Of a stretch of 64,000 nt of DNA, positions 57,786-64,000 are shown in pieces. Every line of letters starts with the position of its first letter. Position 1 is the stretch's first letter. The notes beneath the pieces are model-generated. The model was not told the origin of the DNA and searched no databases. It saw nothing but the letters and a program-made list of their open reading frames with translations. The position numbers and the translations under genes were made by a program. The stretch comes from Halieaceae bacterium. GTDB lineage: Bacteria; Pseudomonadota; Gammaproteobacteria; Pseudomonadales; Halieaceae. Where the stretch lies: NCBI GenBank assembly GCA_002721785.1, contig PBLO01000004.1, positions 112,452-176,451 on the forward strand. The letters are read 5' to 3'.

Positions 57786-58544
57786 ATGCGCGGTTTGCTA
57801 GCAGCGTTATTTTTTGTCGCATTGGGCGCACAGGCTCAGGAATATGATGCGCGGTCGGAGTTCACTTTTTGCAAGTTGAATGAAGGCAAGAGTCTCATGG
57901 ATGTCATGGCGCAGTCCGAGCGTTACGGCGAATTCTCTAAAGAGGCGGGCACGCAGTACCTGCAGGTGGTACTGACACCTATGCACGCGGGGGTGAACAA
58001 CCCATATGACTATGTCATCTGGGGGCAGTGGCCATCAGGTCAGGCCATGTACAACGAGTGGGGCAGTTTCACCAATGACTACTGGAAGTGGATGTCGGAG
58101 CAGGAGGAGTCAATGGAGCCTGCTGGTACCTGCAGCGGCACCATTGCCATGTTCAACTCCGCGACTGCCCACAGCCGCATTCCGTGGGATGATCGCGACG
58201 ATTGGCAACCTCACCAGCTTGCTGATTGCACGCTGAAAGAAGGCGCGACGCTTGAGCAGGTTATGGAAGCCCAGGCTCGCACTGGAGAGTTGATGAAGGA
58301 AGCGGGCTTCGAGGGCTGGGGCACACATGTCTTTACGCCCTATCTTGGCTTTGATCCCAGCTGGCCCTACGACTACGTTCAGATGAATCATTGGTACACC
58401 TTTGAGCACCGGGGCAAGACAGCCGACAACTGGATGGCATTTCTGGAGGAGCACCCCGAAGTGCAAGCGGAGACCGAGGCGCTTACCAGTTGCGAACGTC
58501 ACCGTAGCTTCGCGGGTCGAATGATCTTCAATAACGTTGATTAA
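57786..58544 (+). CDS. secreted protein of unknown function, internally duplicated (paralog 2)
   Basis: 252 aa with the signal peptide MRGLLAALFFVALGAQA. The repeat CKLNEGKSLMDVM...GEFSKEAG...TP...PYDYV recurs as CTLKEGATLEQVM...GELMKEAG...TP...PYDYV. Confidence 0.7.
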   Translation: MRGLLAALFFVALGAQAQEYDARSEFTFCKLNEGKSLMDVMAQSERYGEFSKEAGTQYLQVVLTPMHAGVNNPYDYVIWGQWPSGQAMYNEWGSFTNDYWKWMSEQEESMEPAGTCSGTIAMFNSATAHSRIPWDDRDDWQPHQLADCTLKEGATLEQVMEAQARTGELMKEAGFEGWGTHVFTPYLGFDPSWPYDYVQMNHWYTFEHRGKTADNWMAFLEEHPEVQAETEALTSCERHRSFAGRMIFNNVD

Positions 58545-58577
58545 TCAGAGCTTATCCCGGCGTTGAACGGGAAGCGG

Positions 58578-58603
58578 AAGGCGGCTCTCTGGGCCGCCTT
58601 TTT
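58578..58603 (+). terminator. intrinsic terminator after the paralog pair
   Basis: A perfect 8-bp stem AAGGCGGC/GCCGCCTT with a 7-nt loop is followed by a T-run (CCTTTTTA). It starts 34 nt after the stop. Confidence 0.65.
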
Positions 58604-58708
58604 ATTGCCCGCCGGTAACCCTCAAGCCTGCATCGGTCAGCGCACGGCTTGCTTTATCGAGATGGCCGGTGCACCTTCGGCTCCTATCTCTGATCCTGGA
58701 GCGTTACC

Positions 58709-59659
58709 GTGCCACTACTTACTCGAATACTGATCTCGATGATTTATATCACTCTTCCCTTAGGGGTGTCGGCGGACGAGTGTCTGCCATCCGAATGGGG
58801 TGCCGATGATCAAATTGGGGCGGCCAATCGTGTGACCCCTGAGCGCACGGTTGCGGCAGCCGGGCTGGTTAAGCAGGGAGCGAGCCACCCGCTAGGCATT
58901 GTGATTACGCCCGGTATGCCAGCGTATCCCCCTCGATACACCCAGCTGCAGGTTGTTCAACCTGAGCAGCACTTCCGCACAGATACCACAGAGCAATTTG
59001 GCTGGAACATCACGTCAAACGATGACCTCGTCCAGATGTGGCTGGGAACGGGGCCACAGCTTGACGGGCTGGGTCATCTTGGCGAAGCCGGAGAGTTCTA
59101 TAACTGCAACAAGGGAAAGGATTTTTCTTCAATCACCGGGCTGACGAAGCTCGATATCAGCCAGATCCCCCCGATGGTGGCGAGAGGGGTATTGATTGAT
59201 ATGACCCGCTATTTCGAAGTGAATCATCTCGCGCCCGCCCAAGCATTTACCCGGGCCGATATTGAGGCGGCGATGTCCCAGCAGGGCGTCACGATAGGGG
59301 AAGGCGATGTGGTGCTCTTTCACACTGGCTGGACGGACGCTATGTTAGAGGGTGATCCTGAGCAGTGGGTCTCCACGATCCCGGGCATCGATAATGACGC
59401 GGCCCGGTATCTGGCGTCATTTAAGCCGCTCGCTGTAGGCGCCGATACATGGGGGCTGGGCGCCGTTCCGCCGAAGCCCGGAGACAGAGTGTTCTACGAC
59501 CATGCGATTTTGCTGAAAGAGAACGGCATTTATATTCTTGAGACGATGAATACCGGTCGTCTGGCTGCTGAGGGTGTGAGGGAGTTCATGTTCGTACTGG
59601 GGCAGGCACGCTTGAAAGGCGCCGTACAGATGGTCATCAACCCAGTCGCGATGTGGTGA
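58709..59659 (+). CDS. exported cyclase family protein (second copy in the window)
   Basis: 316 aa. It has a GTG start after GGAG and a signal-like N-terminus. WGADDQIGAANRV and QLDGLGH fit the putative cyclase/formamidase family. Confidence 0.8.
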   Translation: MPLLTRILISMIYITLPLGVSADECLPSEWGADDQIGAANRVTPERTVAAAGLVKQGASHPLGIVITPGMPAYPPRYTQLQVVQPEQHFRTDTTEQFGWNITSNDDLVQMWLGTGPQLDGLGHLGEAGEFYNCNKGKDFSSITGLTKLDISQIPPMVARGVLIDMTRYFEVNHLAPAQAFTRADIEAAMSQQGVTIGEGDVVLFHTGWTDAMLEGDPEQWVSTIPGIDNDAARYLASFKPLAVGADTWGLGAVPPKPGDRVFYDHAILLKENGIYILETMNTGRLAAEGVREFMFVLGQARLKGAVQMVINPVAMW

Positions 59660-59674
59660 CTGCGGGAGCGCTCT

Positions 59675-60124
59675 GTGGCCACCTTAAATCCTTTCCATCT
59701 TGCGATTCCGGTCTGGGATCTCGATCAGACACCGGCGTTTTATGAGACCGTCCTCGGCTGTTCTCTAGGGCGCTCATCTGATGCTTGGATTGATCTGAGT
59801 TTATTTGGGCATCAGCTGGTACTGCATCAGGTCGAGGGGCGCGATCAACTTGGCCTTGGGCAATCTACGAATCCGGTGGATGGTGAAGACATCCCGGTAC
59901 CGCACTTCGGGGTGGTGTTGGAGTGGGATGCTTTTGCGGCATTAGTCTCGCGTATTCAGGAGGCGGGCACTGGTTTTGTTATCGCGCCGACCACACGCTT
60001 TGAGGGGCGCGCTGGCGAGCAACGGACCTGTTTTCTGAGGGATCCCAGCGGGAACTGCCTCGAATTCAAGACGTTCAAAGACCCTAATATGTTGTTTGCG
60101 CGAGACCTCGAGAAATACGAGTAA
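59675..60124 (+). CDS. VOC family protein (glyoxalase-like), cytoplasmic
   Basis: 149 aa. It has FHLAIPVWDLDQTPAFYETVLGC and C-terminal FLRDPSGNCLEFK, typical VOC beta-alpha-beta-beta-beta modules. The GTG start follows GGGAG. Confidence 0.75.
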   Translation: MATLNPFHLAIPVWDLDQTPAFYETVLGCSLGRSSDAWIDLSLFGHQLVLHQVEGRDQLGLGQSTNPVDGEDIPVPHFGVVLEWDAFAALVSRIQEAGTGFVIAPTTRFEGRAGEQRTCFLRDPSGNCLEFKTFKDPNMLFARDLEKYE

Positions 60125-60244
60125 AACGCGTTAGTTGTGGCTACCTTGGCCGCGCTATCGGTCATCTAGCGTGGCCCGGGATGCCACCGTGTGGTCCTTC
60201 CTCCATGCTACTATTTTCTCTGTTGTGAGCTGCGTACCTGAAAC

Positions 60245-60889
60245 ATGAATCGAGATGCCGTCCTCAATATGCTGCAAATGCAGCACCGTATGAACACGCG
60301 CGTTCATGAGCACTGGATCGCTCAAAATTTCGAGTGGTATCGCGCCGCGTGGATCGAGTGCGGTGAACTCATGGACCATGTCGGCTACAAGTGGTGGAAA
60401 AAGCAAACGCCAGATATGGAGCAGGTTCGCCTGGAAGTGGTCGATATCTGGCACTTTGGTCTTTCTGCGCTTTTTGACGCTGAGACCGACCTGCCGGACC
60501 TCGCCAAAGCCATCTCCGCGAACTTTGATGCTGCCTCAACCGACGAGGGTGCCCCGGAGTCGGACGTGGCGCAGATACACGCCGCCACGGAGGCCTTGGC
60601 GCAGCATGCACTGGCGTCAAAGACCTTTTCTGTCCCCTTGTTTGCTGAGTTGATGCGGGCCTGTGGGCTCTCAGCAGACGATCTATACCGCCATTACATT
60701 GGGAAAAATGTGCTGAATTTTTTCCGTCAGGACCACGGATATCAGGACGGCACCTACGTCAAACAGTGGCAGGGCCGGGAGGACAACGAGCACTTGTCAG
60801 AATTGCTGGAGTCATTGGACGATGCCGCGCCCGACTTCCCCGAGCAGGTTTATCAGGCGCTTGAATCCCGCTACTCAGCTGCTTCATGA
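60245..60889 (+). CDS. dimeric (all-alpha) dUTPase family protein
   Basis: 214 aa. It has W...AAWIECGELMDHVGYKWWKK, EVVDIWHFGLS and YIGKNVLNFFRQDHGYQDGTYVKQW..REDNEHL, which is the pattern I associate with the dUTPase_2 family. Confidence 0.6.
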   Translation: MNRDAVLNMLQMQHRMNTRVHEHWIAQNFEWYRAAWIECGELMDHVGYKWWKKQTPDMEQVRLEVVDIWHFGLSALFDAETDLPDLAKAISANFDAASTDEGAPESDVAQIHAATEALAQHALASKTFSVPLFAELMRACGLSADDLYRHYIGKNVLNFFRQDHGYQDGTYVKQWQGREDNEHLSELLESLDDAAPDFPEQVYQALESRYSAAS

Positions 60890-61740
60890 CCGGATTCGAG
60901 GAGATCTATTACGCCACAGACGACGGGCTAAAGCTCTACGTCAGGGAGTATCCGGGGCCAGGCCCCGACGCACCAGTGGTGCTGTGTCTGCATGGCTTGA
61001 CGCGCAATAGTCGCGATTTTCACGCGCTCGCGCAGTCGCTCACTGCGCACTTCCGTGTGTTGGTCCCTGAGCAGCGTGGCCGAGGCCGATCTGAGTATGA
61101 TCATGACCCCGCTCGCTACGCGATCATGCAGTATGTGCTGGATATGCGTGGCCTGCTCAACGAGCTTGGGGTTGAGTCCGTCGCGGTTGTTGGTACGTCA
61201 ATGGGCGGCTTGATGACCTTTGCACTGAATGCGCTTTACCCCGGTGTGGTTACCCGCGCGGTGATTAATGACATTGGGCCGGAGATTGCCGAGGCCGGCT
61301 TGGAGCGGATCAAATCCAATGTTGGCATTGCCGGCCCCTTCGCGGATTGGGGGGAGGCGACACGTTACCTGAGGCAGGTCAGCACCGACATCTTCCCGTT
61401 GTGGGACGACGATCAATGGGCCGATTTTGCGCGACAGTGTTACTTAGAGCGCGATGATCAAATCGTGATCGATTATGACTCCCGTATTGCCGAGCCGCTG
61501 GCGGGCGAGAGCAGCGACACGGAGGAGCAGACCCTGTGGTCGCTGTTCGAGGCCCTGGGTGAAGTGCCTACCTTGCTGGTGCGCGGTGAGCTGACCGATC
61601 TGTTGTCGCTCTCATGCGTCGAAAAGATGCAGGTCATCCACTCCGATATGGAGCTTCTTACGGTCCCTGACGTGGGTCACGCGCCGATGCTGAACGAACC
61701 CGGCGTGGCAACAGCGATCAGCGCTTTTCTGACTCGATAA
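60886..61740 (+). CDS. alpha/beta hydrolase
   Basis: 284 aa. It has HGLTRNSRDF, the nucleophile elbow GTSMGG, and the C-terminal DVGHAPMLNEP. The ATGA overlaps the upstream stop. Confidence 0.8.
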   Translation: MTGFEEIYYATDDGLKLYVREYPGPGPDAPVVLCLHGLTRNSRDFHALAQSLTAHFRVLVPEQRGRGRSEYDHDPARYAIMQYVLDMRGLLNELGVESVAVVGTSMGGLMTFALNALYPGVVTRAVINDIGPEIAEAGLERIKSNVGIAGPFADWGEATRYLRQVSTDIFPLWDDDQWADFARQCYLERDDQIVIDYDSRIAEPLAGESSDTEEQTLWSLFEALGEVPTLLVRGELTDLLSLSCVEKMQVIHSDMELLTVPDVGHAPMLNEPGVATAISAFLTR

Positions 61741-61775
61741 GTGACTATGCCGGCGCCGCACCATTCCGCGGGGGT

Positions 61776-62297
61776 TTAATGGCCCACCTTCATGTTGCCG
61801 AGGTAGTCGAGCTTCCCAAGTGGTACACCTAATTGTCGCAGGATGGCGTAGGCGGTCGTGGCATGAAAATAGACATTCGGCTTCGAGAATGTCGCCAGAA
61901 AATTATCGGTCGTAAAAGGTACTTCGTTGCTGCCAAACCGAAAGAGCATTTTCTGGCCTGAAAGCGCCTCCATGCTGTCCTCGGTTTCCGCCGCCATCGC
62001 ACCTCGCGCTTCATCGATCAGCCCACGTAAGCCCGCATAATCGATACCGGGTCTGTCAGGCGGTGGCATAAAGAGTCCCTCACGCATGCCTTGGATAGCG
62101 CCAAAGGAGTGGTGCCAGACCGAGATAATCTGGAAGCTGAAAGGCAGCATCGACTCCTGCAGTCGGTAGTTCGAGATTTCTTCGAGCGCCATGTCATTGG
62201 CCTCGGCATGCTGCTGGCCTTTTTCCAGAATATTCGCGGTGCTGTCGAGTATTTGCTGATAGCACGCGACGCTCGCGTCATAAAAAGAAAGTTGCAT
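61776..62297 (-). CDS. DUF1993 domain-containing protein
   Basis: 173 aa. The opening MQLSFYDASVACYQQILDSTANILEKG matches the typical DUF1993 N-terminus. Confidence 0.7.
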   Translation of the reverse strand: MQLSFYDASVACYQQILDSTANILEKGQQHAEANDMALEEISNYRLQESMLPFSFQIISVWHHSFGAIQGMREGLFMPPPDRPGIDYAGLRGLIDEARGAMAAETEDSMEALSGQKMLFRFGSNEVPFTTDNFLATFSKPNVYFHATTAYAILRQLGVPLGKLDYLGNMKVGH

Positions 62298-62313
62298 TAC
62301 GGGCTCCTTGTGG

Positions 62314-62637
62314 TCAGCCGTTGAATGGTGTGGGAGGGAGGTTGGCGTATTCCTCGTTAGAGAGGTAGTGATCGATACTTGCCGCTAATTTGAAATCGCG
62401 GTCGGTTAAGCCGTTGGCATCGTGGGTCGATAGTCGAATCTGAACCGTTCCGTACACGTTATACCAGTTGGGATGGTGGTCCTGTTGCTCGGCAACATCG
62501 GCGACGTAGTTCATGAAGCGCCACGCGGCGGTGAAATCCGGGAATTGGATGTCTCTTGCCAGTTGCCCGCTTTCGGTACGCCACTCAGGGTGTTGGTTCA
62601 GTTGGCTGGCGATGTTGTCTGTGCTGAGTGATTCCAT
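62314..62637 (-). CDS. phhB: 4a-hydroxytetrahydrobiopterin dehydratase (pterin-4-alpha-carbinolamine dehydratase)
   Basis: 107 aa. It has the PCD signature EQQDHHPNWYNVYGTVQIRLSTHDANGLTDRD. Confidence 0.9.
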   Translation of the reverse strand: MESLSTDNIASQLNQHPEWRTESGQLARDIQFPDFTAAWRFMNYVADVAEQQDHHPNWYNVYGTVQIRLSTHDANGLTDRDFKLAASIDHYLSNEEYANLPPTPFNG

Positions 62638-62639
62638 AT

Positions 62640-63734
62640 CTATCGCCTCGTCAGAATCACACCGGATTCCAGGTGATGTGAGTAGGGGAATTGATCGAAA
62701 AACGCCAGCTCAGATACAGTGTGAGTCGTGGTCAATATGCGCAGGTTATCCGCGAGTGTACTGGGATTACAGCTGATGTAGAGAATCCTGTCGAACCCTG
62801 CAGCAAGCTCCATAGTTGCGTCGTCTAGCCCGGCCCTGGGGGGATCGACAAGGAGTGTGCGAAGATCAAATTGATCGAGCGGTTGGTGGAGATGAGTGAG
62901 CCGCCTGAAGGGCCGCTCACCGGCCATAGCGCTTGCCATTTCCTCGGCGGACAGTCGGGCAAACTCCACATTATCCACCTTGTTGATTTCTGCATTCCAG
63001 CGTGCGGCTTCAGTAGCCGGTTTGCTCAGCTCGGTGGCGAGCACGCGTCGGAAGCGCGAGGCCAAGGGCAGCGTGAAGTTACCGATGCCGCAATAGAGTT
63101 CGAGTAGGTCGTCCTCGCGGTGCTCCGTATTCGCTAACACCCAACCCATCATCTTTTTATTGATGCCACCATTGGGTTGCGTAAAGCACTGTTCGGGCTG
63201 CCGATAGTGAAATGGTTTTCCGTCGATATCGAGGGTTTCGGTGACCCAATGTCGGTCCAGCACCAACTTTTGCTTACGGCTCCGGCCAATGAGCTGGCAG
63301 TTAAGGTCAGCCGCTAATCCGCTGGCGCAGTCGTGCCAGAGCTCATCAAGGGGGCGGTGGTAAATCAACGTGACCAGTAACTCACCACTCAGTGTCGATA
63401 GGAACTCAACCTGAAATAGTTTGCGGCGCAATTCTGCCGACTCGGTGAGCAGTACCTTCAGCTTAGGCATGGCCTCGGTAATACGTGGTGCGGCGATAGG
63501 GAATGTGTCGATTTTCTGAGGGCTACGAGAGTTTCCCGGCGGGAACATCACATAATCGAGGCTATCGCCATCGTGCCAGATACGAAACTCGGCCCTAAGT
63601 CGAAAACCGCTGGGCGACGATTCAAAAAGTTCAGGTTCCGGGGCGCCCGGTAGTCCCAGCGTCGTGAGCGCCTGAGCAACTTTATTCGCAAACAGTCTTT
63701 GGTAACGATCAGGTTGGTAGTGGGGCAGTTGCAT
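62640..63734 (-). CDS. trmA: tRNA (uridine54-C5)-methyltransferase
   Basis: 364 aa. It has the SAM motif LELYCGIGNFTLPLA, DPPRAGLD, and the catalytic Cys in ILYISCNP. Confidence 0.9.
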   Translation of the reverse strand: MQLPHYQPDRYQRLFANKVAQALTTLGLPGAPEPELFESSPSGFRLRAEFRIWHDGDSLDYVMFPPGNSRSPQKIDTFPIAAPRITEAMPKLKVLLTESAELRRKLFQVEFLSTLSGELLVTLIYHRPLDELWHDCASGLAADLNCQLIGRSRKQKLVLDRHWVTETLDIDGKPFHYRQPEQCFTQPNGGINKKMMGWVLANTEHREDDLLELYCGIGNFTLPLASRFRRVLATELSKPATEAARWNAEINKVDNVEFARLSAEEMASAMAGERPFRRLTHLHQPLDQFDLRTLLVDPPRAGLDDATMELAAGFDRILYISCNPSTLADNLRILTTTHTVSELAFFDQFPYSHHLESGVILTRR

Positions 63735-63740
63735 TGCGAG

Positions 63741-64000
63741 TTACAAGCAGTTCTTAGGTTTTGGTAGTCCGGCAATGCGGCTGCCGACGCGGGCGGGTGA
63801 GCCTGGAAAGAGTCCCATGAGATACAAGCTATTTCCCTGCTCAACGCCAACATGCACCTTCACGTAGTTGACCAGAGCCCGATTAGCGGGTGAGTCGCCG
63901 AACTCCTGATGAAAATCGCGAAGGCACCCCAGAATCTGCCAGTGCGCGTCCGTCAGCTCAACACCTTCCTCCGCTGCGAAAGCTGCGGCGATGTCGGGGG
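63741..64000 (-). CDS. tusE: TusE/DsrC family sulfur relay protein, C-terminal part (gene starts beyond the window)
   Basis: My own translation of the minus strand gives ...ELTDAHWQILGCLRDFHQEFGDSPANRALVNYV...LFPGSPARVGSRIAGLPKPKNCL*. It ends with the DsrC/TusE GLPKPxxC tail, with the stop at 63741-63743. Confidence 0.75.
   Translation of the reverse strand, partial: PDIAAAFAAEEGVELTDAHWQILGCLRDFHQEFGDSPANRALVNYVKVHVGVEQGNSLYLMGLFPGSPARVGSRIAGLPKPKNCL

Noticed and set aside
63548-63853. 101-aa minus-strand ORF spanning the trmA start and the tusE end.
   Set aside because: It is out of frame with two well-supported genes (trmA, and the TusE/DsrC tail ending GLPKPKNCL) and covers the 6-nt gap between them, so it is a shadow ORF.

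Overview
The window looks like a mostly core chromosomal segment of a moderately GC-rich, marine-type gammaproteobacterium. That lineage guess is an inference from gene content and from synteny with E. coli blocks such as prmB-aroC-epmC. I call about 70 protein genes, 4 tRNAs, two intrinsic terminators and one sigma-32-type promoter. I saw no rRNA, CRISPR array, transposase, integrase or prophage gene.

Gene order:
- 1-7500: TCA-cycle block sucA(3' end)-sucB-lpdA-sucC-sucD, then htpG and sixA.
- 7500-17600: housekeeping genes (folE, prmB, aroC, tusA-epmC-pdxB, msrB, tRNA-Gly/Glu, an ABC-2 exporter pair, queF).
- 17647-21250: a translationally coupled three-gene signalling operon (YfiR-like protein, hybrid histidine kinase, outer-membrane barrel), followed by tRNA-Ser.
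- 21500-26000: a serine hydrolase, an FAD dehydrogenase and an NmrA-like protein.
- 26068-41146: an LPS inner-core locus (unknown first gene, two GT2, one GT9 heptosyltransferase, kdkA, waaA, then gmhA, gmhB, an O-antigen-ligase-like gene, hldE). It is split by an unrelated minus-strand operon (LLM oxidoreductase, SDR, DUF3604 lipoprotein, mini-lipoprotein).
- 41275-48059: twin amidohydrolases, a cyclase, then a cobB-phrB operon and a YfcH-like gene.
- 48083-50564: a divergent pair of an atypical sigma-70-family factor and a long MerR-type regulator, sharing an intergenic region with a repeated octamer.
- 50539-53241: an NSS transporter, a minimal exosortase-like protein and its membrane partner, then tRNA-Leu.
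- 53362-61740: small orphan genes and a cluster rich in exported enzymes, including two tandem paralogous secreted proteins that are each internally duplicated.
- 61776-64000: DUF1993, phhB, trmA and tusE (partial).

The candidates I rank highest for follow-up are the sigma/MerR module beside the photolyase, the duplicated secreted-protein pair, the YfiR-like/hybrid-kinase/OM-barrel operon and the orphan exosortase-like pair. None can be confirmed as novel without database and structure searches that I cannot run here.
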